A DNA stretch of 64,000 nucleotides, from contig NC_043014.1 of the NCBI RefSeq assembly GCF_006345805.1, positions 16,740,001 through 16,804,000 on the forward strand. Reading direction: 5' to 3'. The position numbers and the translations under genes are program-made. Source of the stretch: Octopus sinensis. Taxonomy: Eukaryota. Positions within the stretch are counted from its first letter, which is position 1. The number at the start of each line of letters is the position of its first letter. The notes beneath the pieces are model-generated. The model made no database searches. It had not been told where the DNA came from and was given only the letters and a program-made list of their open reading frames with translations. Below, in pieces: positions 36,435-51,088 of the stretch.

Positions 36435-39400
36435 GAGACGCACCTGGCTGCTAGTTTTCGCGGTGCACATACCCTCCCACCCTCTCCACTGGTACAAGAA
36501 GTCCTAAATTTTCTCATCCATGTCTCCCATGTACACTTCAAAGTCTTACGCCACCCCCACCTCCTTCCATAAAAGGTAGTGGTCATTCATTGCAAAATAT
36601 GTTAGTGTAGTGTACGCGGTTTGAACTTGAGTTTTATTGTTTGTCTATGAATCCTGCCAAACGCGAGTTTTCTTTTCAGGTTCATGAAGCTACTAGGGCC
36701 AATACCTCCAAAACCCTCAGGGTTGGCACCCTCAACGTTGGCACACTGGCGCAATTGTTGAATTGCTTGAACGGAGGTGTGTTGATATATGCTGCATTCA
36801 AGAAGTGAGGTGGAGAGGAGGTTCTGCTAGGCTCCTCACAGGCAAAGAACAGAGGTACAAGATTTTCTGGGCTGGGAATACTGACGGGGTCGGTGGGTGT
36901 GGGTATACTTATCGCAGAAAAATGGGTAGATAAGGTAATCGAGGTAGTCAGAGTATGCGACAGAATACTTAAGATTAGATTAGTGCTTCATCATAGTTTA
37001 GCAACCATTATATCGGCCTATGCCCCTCAGCCAGGACTACCTGATGGACAGAAAGACCGTTTCTATGACACCTTACTGCAGACCACCTCATTGACAAACG
37101 ACAGGGACCTTCTCTTTGTGGCTGGTGACTTCAATGGGCATGTTGGATGACATGCTGGGAGCTTCCATGGCGTACATGGAGGCTATGGTTATGGTTCCCA
37201 CAACGAGGAGGGAACCAGGCTGCTGGAGTTCTACTATGCGAATAGTCTTATGGTTTGCAACACTAACTTCAGGAAACCTACAAGCCACCTGGTCACCTAC
37301 CGATCGGGCCGACATACTAGCCAAATCGACTACATCCTTGCCAGAAAAAGGGAAAGATGGCTGCTTATAAATGCCAAAACCTTCCCAGGCGAAGAATGTA
37401 CCCCACAACATAGACTGGTAGTTAGTGACTTTAAGATCAGGACTAAGAGGACGACTAGAAGACGACCAACATGGAGAAGAAGGGTCTGGAAGCTTAAAGA
37501 TCCTGCGAGATTTAGAGACATGTTACTTGAAGCCTTTGACGAAATAGAAGGTGGTATAGCTACAGTTAATGTGGAAGACAACTGGACGCTTCTAAGGGAC
37601 AACCTGCTGAAAGCCACTGACCAGATCTGTGGCTGGTGCAAAGTCCCCTCAAGACCAAAAATAACGTGGTGGTGGAACAATATTGTTGACAGAGCTATTA
37701 GACAAAAGAAACAGGCTTGGAAGGACTGGAAGAACGGTGGTAGCAGGGAAGTGTATCAGACTGCCAGAAGGGAAGCTAGGAGGCAGGTGTATTTAGCCAG
37801 AGGGGAAGCAGATAAGAAAATATTTGCCAATGTTCTGCGCTGTGAGGATGGAAGACTTGAGGTATTTCGTGTTGCAAGACAGTGTGTGAGAGAGAATCGT
37901 GACGTGGTAGGAGAGAAATGTGTTCGCAAGGATGATGGTTCACTTGCGCTAAATGAGGATGCAAAGAGAGAGGTTTGGAGACGCCACTATGAAAGGTTGC
38001 TGAATGAGGAAAATGAATGGGATAAAGAGAGTCTGCCGAATGTCGACCCAACAGAGGGACCAGCAATCCGAGTTGATAGTTCCTTAGTAGTTAAGGCAAT
38101 TACAAGCATGAAAACAGAGAAAGCCCCAGGCCCATCAGGAATTACTGCAGAGATGCTCAAAATATCTGGTAGTGTAGGCTATAGCCTAGTCACCCGTATA
38201 GTTAACCAGGTGATACACGAAGGAGTCATTCCCAATGACTGGTGTAGCAGCATAATAGTCAACTGCTACAAAGGTAAAGGTGACGCCCTAGATACAAATA
38301 ACTACAGGGGTATCAAGTTGCTGGATCAGGTAATGAAGGTTACGGAGAGGGTTATAGCCCAACTAATTAGAGAGAGAGTTAGCTTAGATGAGATGCAGTT
38401 TGGGTTCGTGCCAGGGAAAAGTACTACTGATGCTATATTCCTGGTAAGACAGCTGCAGGAGAAATACCTAGCCAAAGATAAGCCCCTGTACCTGGCTTTT
38501 GTTGACATGGAGAAAGCCTTCGACAGGGTTCCTCGATCCCTTATCTGGTGGTCAATGAGGAAACTAGGGATAGATGAATGGTTAGTGAGAGCTGTGCGAG
38601 CCATGTACAGAGACGCTGCTAGTAAGGTGAGGGTTGGCAACGAGTACAGTGAAGAATTCCGGGTAGAGGTTGGGGTCCACCAAGGTTCAGTCCTCCAGGC
38701 AATAACGGAGGAATTCAAGACAGGATGCCCCTGGGAGCTCCTCTATGCTGATGACCTTGCTCTAATTGCTGAGTCACTATCAGAACTGGAGAAGTTTCAG
38801 GTGTGGAAGCAAGGATTAGATTCGAAGGGCCTTAGAATCAACCTAGCGAAAACCAAAATCCTAACAAGTAGGAAGGTAGACCTATCACAAACGCCTTCAG
38901 GTAGATGGCCCTGCTCGATCTGTAGAAAAGGTGTAGGTAGAAACTCTATAAGATGCACCAAGTGTAAGCTATGGACACATAAGAGGTGCAGCAATGTCCA
39001 AAGAAGGCTAACTAGGAAAATAGTTTTTGTTTGTGGCAGATGCTCAGGAGCAATAAACACTGAAAATGTGCAGAGACCAACTTCTACCACGTTCCAGGGA
39101 GAAAAACTAGAAGTAGTTGATAGCTTCCGTTATCTTGGTGACCAAGTCAGTAGTGGGGGTGGGTGTGCTGAAAGTGTAACTGCTAGAGTAAGAATAGCCT
39201 GGGCAAAGTTCAGAGAGCTCTTACCCCGACTGGTGACAAAAGGCTTCTCGCTCAGAGTAAAAGGCAGACTGTATGGTGCATGTGTACGAACAGCCATGCT
39301 ACATGGTAGTGAAACATGGGCTGTGACTGCTAAGGATATGCGTAAGCTCGCAAGAAATGAAGCCAGTATGCTCCGATGGATGTGTAATGTCAGTGTTCAT

Positions 39401-40196
39401 ACTCAACAGAGTGTAAGTACCTTGAGAGAAAAGTTGGACCTAAGAAGCATCAGTTGTGGTGTGCAAGAGAGACGTTTGTGCTGGTATGGTCATGTGACGA
39501 GAATGGCTGAAGATAGTTGTGTGCAAAAGTGCCACACCCTAGCGGTTGAGGGAACTTGTGGATGAGGTAGACCCAGGAAAACCTGGGACGAGGTGGTGAA
39601 GCACGACCTTCGAACTTTAGGTCTCACCAAGGAAATGACTAGAGACCGAGACCTATGGCAGTATGCTGTGCGTGAGAAGACCCGGCAAGACTAGTGAGAC
39701 CATAACTCGTGGCCTCTACCTGGTATGTAGCCAGGCGACTTATATATACCTTTCCTTCTTGGGACACAAAACTCCGCTTGTGAAGACCCGTTGAGGCAAG
39801 TGAAATCAAAATAAAATCAGTTATCAGAAAGCAGAACCAAAATCGAAGTCGATCAACATCAATGGAAATTTCAGCTGTGATACCAGTGCCGGTGACAAGT
39901 AAGCGAACCATCTGATCATGGCCGTTGCCAGCCTCGCCTGGCCCCCGTGCCAGTGGCACGTAAAAAGCACCATCCGTCCATGGCCGTTTTCCAGCTCCGT
40001 CTGGCACCTGTGCAAGTGGCACGTAAAAAGCACCCACTACACTCACGGAGTGGTTGGCATTAGAAAGGGCATCCAGCCGTAGAAACACTGCCAGATCAGA
40101 CTGGGCCGATGCAGCCTTCTGGCTTCACAGACCCCAGTTGAACCGTCCAACCCATGCTAGCATGGAAAGCGGATGCTAAATGATGATGATGATGAT
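36435..40196 (+). mobile_element. Near full-length RTE LINE (APE endonuclease + RT + PHD-like finger), inactivated
   Basis: ATG 36647..LRVGTLNVGTL, GDFNGHVG, QIDYIL, QHRLVV, YADD, FRYLG. Lesions: deletion ~36749, +1 at ~36892, CGA-to-TGA stops at 37148 and 39563, 27-nt deletion ~38690. 3'UTR ends in (GAT)n. The 5' boundary is approximate. Confidence 0.95.
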
Positions 40197-40289
40197 CTGT
40201 GTATGTATTAGTTTATGTATGTGTATGAGTGTGAATCTGTGTGCTGTGCGCGCAGATCTGTTTCTGCCTATGTCTCATGAATAATGCCT

Positions 40290-40640
40290 CTTTTACTTTT
40301 CAAAATTAAAATAAACAAATTTCTTTTTTAATCTAAAATATACTCTCCTTCATTTTCTACAATGCTCTTCCATCTATGCAGCAAACGTGCAGAGCACTCT
40401 TCCAAAATTCACTTGTCCGTGATGAAAACTACTCCTCCAGTATTGTTCTCTCAGATGTCGATGAAAGGTTGAATGACCAAATCCAAGCATCTCTGACAGT
40501 TCTTCAACAGTCAGGATGGGATTTTGTTCCACCAGAATTTGTACATTGTCCTCATTGAGCTCTACAGATCTTCCAGGACAAGGCTCGTCTTCTAGCCTGT
40601 AGTTTCTGGCTTGGAATTTCTGCAACCACTGCTCACACTG
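40290..40640 (-). mobile_element. Internally deleted mariner
   Basis: HTH region LEDEPCPGRSVELNED..LVEQNP..EELSEMLGFGHSTFHRHL joined directly to C-terminal RWKSIVENEGEY. Confidence 0.8.
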
Positions 40641-41499
40641 GCTTATGCTTAATGTCCAATCCCCATAGACTGTATTAACCCTTTCGTTACTGTATTTATT
40701 TTGAGATGCTCTGTGTTTCTTTCAATTACTGCTTCCCATTTGCTTGGCAGACAGTCAGACCGCTGTTTAAAGATGTTTTGGTTAAATAATTATGCACCAA
40801 CCCAATAATCATAATCTAAATGGTTTCAAAGGTATTCTCCTCAAAGTTATTAAGGGGCAGATGTCGGGTCGTGTGAATTTACCAAAACTCCACTGCCAAT
40901 CTCCTCGGGAGAATTTTCTCCAGCAAATCTTTAGGTACACCCAATCTACAAGATCCAAGAGATTATGTGTTGAAAGTTTTAGTAAAAAGTATCTATTTTC
41001 TGGAAGTTATGAAACAACAAATTCGGGCTGGGGGTACACAGCTATCCATGATTTTGGAACGTTGTTCCTCACCCCTTTAGAACACAGATCGCCATTGCAA
41101 TTCTTTTCTCCACTTTGTCTTTTCAGTACAAAATGAAACATGTATTTCTTCCTTTTCCGATTTTGGCAACGATGGAAAGTGTAGAAGGTAGCTTCCACAG
41201 ATAGAAACAGACACCAAACCCACACAAATCAAAGATATATCTCTTCCATAGCTAGAAATAGCAGCCAAATCTAATACAATTCATAGTCATCGCTCTTCCA
41301 TAGTTAGAAATAGCAGCCAAATCCCGCACAAATCAAGGACATCTCTCTCCCATAGCTAGAAATAGTAGCCATATCCCGACCAAATCAAGGACATCTCTCA
41401 TTCATAAAACATTGAAAAGACACAAAGAATTGAGGTGCCAAAAACCGAAAGTCTCCAGAATTAAAAAAACATTGAATCTTTTCATTGTTTAATACTTAC

Positions 41500-41640
41500 G
41501 CAAATGTTTCATAAAGGACAGTGTTGTTTATATATGTGTGTATATGGTAGTTGAGAAATGCATTATAAGTATTATAAACGTATTATTATTATTATCAGCT
41601 AATTAAAAGAAATTCATTCAAAAGACCTTTGACCCGGAAG
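41500..41640 (-). promoter_or_regulatory. Putative promoter / non-coding first exon of ZNF gene A
   Basis: Block 41370-41610 is duplicated at 49070-49320; minus-strand donor GC|gtaagt at 41499; ETS-like CCGGAAGT near 41637. Confidence 0.4.
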
Positions 41641-42278
41641 TCAACATCAAGTAGGAACCACGTTGTCTCATGAAATAAGACATCAAAGACTAATTATCTC
41701 CCTTTAACAAACAGTATAATGCCGTTGGTTTGTAGGTTCGATCCACAGCAACAATTAATCCATTCATCGTGGGCCCTGTTTTATTTTTCCCTTTAAGTGT
41801 TGTTAAGTTTTCTTAACGCCAGCCTCTTATAGCATAGAGTGACATGGTTTCCTGTCGAAATTCCTTCTATATATGATAGAAGGGGCACGGCACAGTGGTT
41901 GGAGCATTGAGCTTACGATCGTGAGGTTGTGAGCTCGAATCCTGGACCTGCGTTTTGCATTGCTCCAGTTCACTCAGCTGCAGAAATGAGTTGCGACATC
42001 ACAGGTGCCCAGCTGTATCGGCCCCTTTGCCTTTCCCCTTGGATAACACAGGTATGCATGGGTAATTGCTGGTCTTCCATAAACAACCTTGTCCAGACTT
42101 GTGCCTGGGAGAGTAACTTTCTAGGTGCAAGCCCATGGTCAGTCATGACCGATTGGAGTCTCAAAAATATAAATCTCAAATATGAAATAGAAAATCATCA
42201 GTCAATGACTTTATTCAAACATAAAAACAAATATAATAGTTGTTGATAACAGCTTTCCAGCCATATATTTAACATCGC

Positions 42279-42882
42279 GGATCTTTTCGGTTTGAACGTC
42301 AGTTTTTTTTTAATAATTTCCACGTAACTAAACACTTTTAAACTTCGTATACTGGTAGAATGGGTTTATAAAACATCTTTTTCTCTTGGCTTTATTGAGA
42401 AAATTATATAGTTGTAAGATATTTGTTGTTTCTTTTCTTCAATTTCAACCAATCAATGACGTCTATTGAAGTAAAAATCATTCTGTACGGTATGAATATG
42501 TCCCTCGTTTAAGAAACAGATTTGGTTTATTTGCATTTCTAAAGAAAAAAGCGATCGGAGAGAGATGTCCTTGATTTGTGTGGGATTTGGCTGCTATTTC
42601 TAGCAACGGAAAACAGATTCTATGATTTGTGCGATATTTGGTTGATATTTCTAGCTGTGAAAGAGAAATGTTTTTGATTTGTGCGGGATTTGACTGCTAT
42701 TTCTAGCAACGGAAAAGGGATTCTATGATTTGTGCGGGATTTGACTGCTATTTCTAACTATGGAAGAGAGATGACTATGAAAAAAGATTGAAATGCAATA
42801 GATCGATACTAGGGTCATAATTATGGGTGACGATTTCATATGACATCGCTAGAAAAAACTGCCATTCAAACCGAAAAGATCC
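42279..42882. mobile_element. MITE with 30-bp GG-initiated TIRs and 8-bp TSD (Merlin-like)
   Basis: TIR GGATCTTTTCGGTTTGAA.G.CAGTTTTTT (28/30 match); TSD AACATCGC at 42271-42278 and 42883-42890. Related pieces at ~48715-49048, 49652-49702, 56665-57028 and 58019-58190. Confidence 0.85.
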
Positions 42883-43991
42883 AACATCGCTCTATCTATA
42901 TTCTTCCATTTGTTTCAGTCACTTGACTGTTGCCATGCTGGAGCACCATCTTGAGATAACTTATCTCCGTTATAGTTATAATACAAATAATTTCTTTCGG
43001 ATTTTGAATTTATTTTGTGTGTGTGGCATATATGGATGTTTGCCCATATGAGATTCTTTATAACACTTATGATATTAACACTATGCTGAGCTGAAACCCC
43101 CTTCGGTCATGACTGACCGTGGGACCACCTAGAAAGTTACTCTCCCAGGCAAAAGTCTGTGCAAGTTTTTTTATGGAAGACCAGCAGCCGCCCATGCATA
43201 CCGGCCTCCCCTCTCTACGCCACCAGTGTTATCCAAGGGAAGGGCAAAGGGGCCGATATAGCTTGGCACCTGTGACACTGCAACTCACTTCTACAGATGA
43301 GTAAACAAGAGCAACGCAAAATAAATTTATATGATGCCTTCAAGAAACAAACATTTTACACATTGTGTCACCAGATTTTTTAGTTGATCAAGAGTCTGGT
43401 AGGGTTCCCCAAGTTATGAAGTTAGGGTTCACAAAAACAGTGTGGGGTTCATAATAAGAATCTCTTCCAAAATGTTCATTGTCTAGGTTATGAAAATAAT
43501 CTTAATCTGGACCTTTGAAAACTTGTTTCTGAAAAGTTTAGTTTGAAGAAACCATTATTCAGATATTAACAAGGAATCCATCTAGTGTGGGGCACTAAAC
43601 TATACGTATGCCTCATATTCTTCCTTTCTGGTCTCTTCTGCTTTTATAGCTCTGGAAACTTCCCTGATCAACCATTATGTCACCCTTCACCTGGCTGGCA
43701 TATTTAATGAGTGAAGCATTTAAAATACAATAAACAATGAATATACTGTAATTACAAGATGCAATATTCAAGAAGGAATAATGTGTAGGGGTGTGAGGAG
43801 GAGGAGATTTGGTATAAGAGGTCCTTACACCATGGAAAGGAAACTGCATGAGTGGTCAAGGATGGAGTGGGAGGTGAATATTGCAAAAACAAAAGAAACA
43901 ACTGAAATTTTGGGAAATATTTTAATCATAATTTCCATTGCATAAAACACAGGAATATTAAACAAATATAGCAAACAGGAAACTATAGAGA

Positions 43992-45275
<1,284 letters not shown>

Positions 45276-45605
45276 GTGTTCAGGGGAAATCAATTCTATA
45301 ATTTTCTCTCTCTTTCCTATTTCTTTTCCTCTCAAATCCCAATTGATATATTTTTCCTGCTTTCATTTTTTTACTTTATTGCTTACATAAATTTCTACTT
45401 TATCCAATGTTAATCTGCACACAAGCTCCTTTTCTTGTCATTCTAGTCAGCAATGTTCAGAAATTTGGCTAATAATATTATTTCAGAGCAAATGTTTCAA
45501 ACGAATTCTTTCACAGATTTATAGAAACAATATTATATGTTTGTTTTGTATATTTTCCTTTTGTCTTTAAAACATTGTAGATACTGAGGTTGCTTCTTCT
45601 GTCAC

Positions 45606-46617
45606 AACAACAACGTGCCCTTAAATATGGTTTCTGATTACAAATATCTTGGGTCATACATATCATCATCTGGAAAAGATTTTCTAACTAGAAAGGGTCA
45701 GCCTGTAATGACATGCATAAGATCTGGTCATCAAATCTAAGTAGAGACTTCAAACTTGAAATCTTCAAAGCCACAGTCGAACCAATTCTACTATATGGCT
45801 CTGAAACCTGGACGTTATCAAAGAAGCTTGAGAGGCGGTTGGATGGAACTTACACTCGCATCCTTATGAGAGCTCAAAATCTCTCATGGAAGTGTCATCC
45901 AACCAAAGTACAAATATATAGGAAACTACCAACTGTATCATCTCTTGTGAAAGGTAGGAGAGTCCAGTTTGCTGGACATTGTTGTAGAGCTGAAAACGAG
46001 GTAATTTCTCCTCTTCTCCTCTGGAAGCCATCTGCTCGCGATACCAGAGGGCGCACACTCTCCTATCCTGATGTAATCTCCAGGGATACAGGCATCCAGC
46101 AACAGGACCTCCGTAATGCTATGATGGACCGTGAAGTCTGGCGTAGCATGGTAAATTCCATTGTCTCGACCACGGTCGCGATACCAGAGGGAGCACACTC
46201 TCCTACCCTGATGTAATCTCCAGGGATACAGGCATCCGGCAACAGGACCTCCATAATGCTATGATGGACCGTGAAGTCTGGTGTAGCTTGGTAAATTCCA
46301 TTGTCTTGACCACGGTCGCGATACCAGAGGGGGCACACTCTCCTACCCTGATGTAATCTCCAGGGATACAGGCATCCAGCAACAGGACCTCCATAATGCT
46401 ATGATGGACCGTGAAGTCTGGCGTAGCAGGGTAAATTCCATTGTCTCGACCACGGTCGCGATACCAGAGGGTGCACACTCTCTTACCCTGATGTAATCTC
46501 CAGGGATACAGGCATCCAGCAACAGGACCTCCGTAATGCTATGATGGACCGTGAAGTCTGGCGTAGCATGGTAAATTCCATTGTCTCGACCACGGACGAA
46601 CAATGATGATGATGATG
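45606..46617 (+). mobile_element. 5'-truncated LINE of a second, RTE-like family, with TSD and 4 x 140-bp terminal tandem repeat
   Basis: DYKYLGSYISSS..ILLYGSETWTL..QFAGHC; (GAT)n tail; TSD TTCTGTCAC at 45597-45605 and 46618-46626. Confidence 0.92.
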
Positions 46618-46949
46618 TTCTGTCACCTGACGTTCTTAAATTATAGAGAAACAACAGTGTAAAGTGTAGAAACTACTTAAAATATACAGACTCACTTTTA
46701 TTGAGATAAACATTTACCTTAACAACTCAGCTGGACAAAAACAGTTCCGTAAAGAAGTGCCGATCTTTCAAAGTAGATGGAAGAAGTGTGGATGAGCAAA
46801 GTCAGGACAGAGTACTTTTCTGGTGATATGATAAAGACCCATACTCCACAGCAGAAATGTTCAGACTCATCCCCCTGGTGGCCCAAAGCACTTGTGATTG
46901 TTCTTCATCAAAGTGAAATTGCAAGTGCGTGGTATCACATAAAAGTACC

Positions 46950-47445
46950 CTGTGAAGTGTCTACGCTGCATCCTTCGTGTCCAATGGCATCACTTTGTCT
47001 CTAACAATTCGGTGCGACACCAGTGCAGAATCACCTCTCTCCGACAAGTCATCCTAACGAGACGTCTGCATTGGCTGGGTCATGCCCTCCGTCGTCAACC
47101 AGAATTCATCTACGAAGCAATTGCCCCAGCTCCCTTTCAGGGTTGGTGAATGCAATGTGGTAGACAACGAAAAACTTGGCTGATGACAGTCAAGGCTGAT
47201 CTGGAACCCAACCTACGAAGCAATTGCCCCAGCTCCCCTTCAGTGTTGGCAAAAGTGATGTGGTGGACAAAGAAAACCCTGTCTGATGACAGTCAAGGCC
47301 CCCTTATCTACGGCGTTCGCCGCTGGAATAAGGAATGGTTGGAGATCAGGAGGTCGTTAGCCTCAACTCACCAAGCCTGGTCAGCGTTTGTGAGAGATGC
47401 AGCATTGAGGATAAATGAAACCAGCTCAACCCACCCCGGTTGAAT
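46950..47445 (+). mobile_element. LINE 3' fragment (third family)
   Basis: LRCILRVQWHHFVSN..RRLHWLGHALRR..GRQRKTWLMTVKADLE; contains a short internal duplication. Confidence 0.75.
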
Positions 47446-49202
47446 ACTGTAAGAAGTAGATGAAGAAGAAATCATAAATCAGACTGGAGTGTGCTGCAGC
47501 ACTGAAGTTTGCCAGCCCTGCTCAAACCATCGAACCGTTCCAGCATGGACGTCAGACATGAAATGATGAAAAGAGGAAGCTGAACCTTTCAGGTGATATG
47601 ATAAGGACGAAGATGCCTGGCATCTCGCTTTACTCAAGAAGACCCATACTCCACAGCATAAGTATTTAGACTCATTCCTCTGGCGGCCAAAGGTATATGT
47701 ATCCGTTCTTCATAAAAGCAGATTTGCAGCGTCATGTAAAAGTGCCACCATATTAAAGCAACAGTGTGGTGGCACATAAAAGCTCCCTGTGCACTATGAA
47801 GTGGTTGGCACTAAGAAGGGCATCCAGCTGTTGAAGTCATAAGAAATCAGACTGAAGTGTGCTGCATCTCCCCACCTTATCACCTCTGCTCAAACCTATT
47901 TCTTTACTACCCACAAGGGGCTAAACACAGAGGGAACAAACAGATTAAGTCGATTACATTGACCCAAGTGTGCAACTGGTACTTATTTTATCGACCCCAA
48001 AAGGACGAAAGGCAAAGTCGACCTCGGCGGAATTTGAACTGAGAATGTAACGGCAGACGAAATACGGCTACGCATTTCGCCCGACGTGCTAACGATTCTG
48101 CCAGCTCACCGCCCTCAAACTATCGAACCATTCCAGCATGGACAACAGACATTAAAAGATGATGATGAACTTAACATTTTAATTTATTAAAATTGACATC
48201 ATAGAATCTTGTGTGAATCTTCCATATTTGTAAACTACACTGACACCTTCACATTACTTTTTACTCTTTTACTTGTTTCAGTCATTTTGACTGTGGCCAT
48301 GCTGGAGCACCGCCTTTAGTCGAGCAAATCAACCCCAGGACGTATTCCTTGTAAGCCCAGTACTTATTCTATCAGTCTCTTTTACTGAACCGCTAAGTTT
48401 TGGGGACGTAAACACACCAGCATCGGTTGTTAAGCAATGCTAGAGGGACAAACACAGACACACAAACATATATATATATATATACATATATACGACAGGC
48501 TTCTTTCAGTTTTTGTCTATCAAATCCTCTCACAAGGCTTTGGTCGGCCCGAGGTTATAGCAGAAGACACTTGCCCAAGGTGCCACGCAGTGGAACTGAA
48601 CCCAGAACCATGTGGTTCGTAAGCAAGCTACTTACCACACAGCCACTCCTTAAGAGTCTTAAAATAAAACTACAGAATGGTGGATGCTAACATTAGTCTT
48701 TCTCCAGAAATATAACTTGCCGTTCAAACCGAAAAGATCCGTTAGGGTTAGGGTATCTTTATTTCTTCAGAAATGTAAATAAACCCAATCTGTTTCTTAA
48801 ACGAGGGACATATTCATACGGCACAGAAGGTTTTTTTTTTTTACCTCAATAGACGTCAGTGATTGGTTGAAATTACAGAAATTGAAGGAAAAAAACAACA
48901 AATATCTTACAAACAGTAGAATTGTCTCAATGAAGCCAAGAGAAAAAAATGTTTTATAAACACATTTTACCAGTATACGAAGTATAAAAGTGTTTAGTTA
49001 TGTGGAAATTATTTTAAAAAACTGCCGTTCAAACCGAAAAGAACCTATGTCTTTCGTAGCAAGAAATAGCAGCCAAATCCTGCACAATGAAGGACATCTC
49101 TCGTTCATAAAACACGGAAGAGGAACAACGAATTGATACGTCAAAAACCGAAAGTCTCCAGAATTAAAAAAACATTGAATCTTTTCATTGTTTAATACTT
49201 AC

Positions 49203-49390
49203 GCAAATGTTTCATAAAAGGTAAGTGTTGTTTATATATGTGTGTATATGGCAGTTGAGAAATGCATTAAAAGAATTATAAATGGATTATTATCAGCTGA
49301 TAAAGAGGAATTCACGCACGGGACATCGAAGCTGGTATCAAAGTCAAGTATTGAGTGCGTTTATTACGCATGCGTATTAAGATACCGGAA
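49203..49390 (-). promoter_or_regulatory. Putative promoter / non-coding first exon of ZNF gene B
   Basis: Paralogous to the 41.4-41.6 kb block; donor GC|gtaagt at 49202; CCGGAAA near 49385; locally CpG-rich. Confidence 0.4.
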
Positions 49391-49744
49391 ATATGTAAGG
49401 TATGTAACTCTGTTTAAATCCCTTTATATTTTGGTATACATTCCGATAAGGAGATTATCTCCCTTGGCAAGGCGACAACTCCATGCAGAGAATTCTACTT
49501 CCGAGGACTTCTCACGACGGTGACGTTGAATGTCACGTGATCTAATGAATATTCAGCAGTTCGTGTTAAAGAATTATTTGTGATTCTATAGCCAGACTAT
49601 TACTGGAAAAAAGGCGGATTCGGTTGAAAGGTTAGAAGCTGTTAAAATTCTTGGATCTTTTCGGTTTGACCAGCAGTTTTTAAAAATAATTTCCACGTAA
49701 CTCTCTTTTACTCTTTTACTTGTTTCAGTCATTTGACTGCGGCC

Positions 49745-51088
49745 ACACTTTTACCACAAATATCACAGGGATGTGGTTTCTCTCCTGAATGAATGGATTT
49801 CTGAGTCGTAAGGTAACATTTTTGAGAGAATAATTTACCACAAATATCACAGGGATATGGTTTCTCTCCTGTATGAATGAACTTGTGTTTAGTAAGGCCA
49901 CTCTTTCGAGAGAATGACACACCACAAATATCACACTGATATGGCTTCTTCTTAGTAAATTCATGAGAAGTTAAATGATTTCTTAGGACAAATGATTTAC
50001 CACAAGTATAGCAGTGATATGGTTTCTCTCCAGTATGAATGAATTTGTATTTAGTAAGGCCACTCTTTTGAGAGAATGATATACCACAAATATCACACTA
50101 ATATGTTTTTTCTCCTGTATGAATGGATTTGTGACTAGTAAGATTACATTTTGTAGAGAATGATTTACCACAAATATCACACTGATATGGCCTCTCATTA
50201 TTATGAGTAAGTTTATGAGAGGTTAAATTACTTTTTACTGTAAAGGATTTACCACAGATATCACAAGAATATGGTTTCTCTCCAGTATGAATGTATTTGT
50301 GTCTGGTAAGGTGACTTTTCCGCAAAAAAGACTTTCCACAGATATCACAGTGATATTGCTTTCCTCCTGCATGAATACGTTTGTGAACAGTGAGATTTCC
50401 CTTTCATCATCATCATCATCATCGTCTAACGTCCGTTCTCCATGCTAGCATGGGTTGGACAGTTCGACCGGGGTTCTGGGAAGCCAGAAGGCTGCACCAG
50501 GCTCCAGTCTAATCTGGCAATGTTTCTACAGCTGGATGCCCTTCCTAATGCCAACCACTCCGTGAGTGTAGTGGGTGCTTTTTACGTGCCACCTGCACAG
50601 GTGCCAGGCGAGGCTGGCAACGGCCACGGTCGGATTGGTGTATTTTATGTGCCACCGGCACGGAAGCCAGTCGAGGCGGTGCTGGCATCGGCCACGAGTC
50701 GGATAGTGCTTTTTACGTACCACCAGACCAGGGATCCTGGCTGGTTCAATTCGATTTCGATTTCGCTTGCCCCAACATGTCTTCACAAGCAAAGGGGGTT
50801 GGCATGGGTGCCTGTCGTACGGTCGCATTGGAGTATTTTACGTGCCACCGGCACGGAAGCCATGGCTACGAGTCGGATAGTGCTTTTTACGTACCACCAG
50901 ACCAGGGATCCTGGCTGGTTCAATTCGATTTCGATTTCACTTGCCCCAACATGTCTTCACAAGCAAAGGGGGTTGGCATGGGTGCCTGTCGTACAGTCGC
51001 ATTGGAGTATTTTACGTGCCACCGGCACTCTAGATATAAACTTTTTACAGATATCACATTGGTATGATAATTCTTTTTCTTTTGTCAT
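49745..51088 (-). pseudogene. C2H2 zinc-finger gene C (~8 fingers), first finger interrupted by a retroposon
   Basis: MTKEKELSYQCDICKKFISR | insertion | [19 protein letters not shown]..; frameshifts downstream; acceptor tcatttcag at 51456. Confidence 0.85.
50405..51028 (-). mobile_element. RTE 3'UTR fragment inserted in ZNF gene C, with an internal ~175-bp tandem duplication
   Basis: (CAT)n at 50405; GAGTCGGATAGTGC block at ~50696 and ~50871. Confidence 0.88.

Noticed and set aside
48741-48755. TTAGGG repeats as an interstitial telomere (also ~58122-58142)
   Set aside because: Only 2-3 units, always inside the same MITE family.
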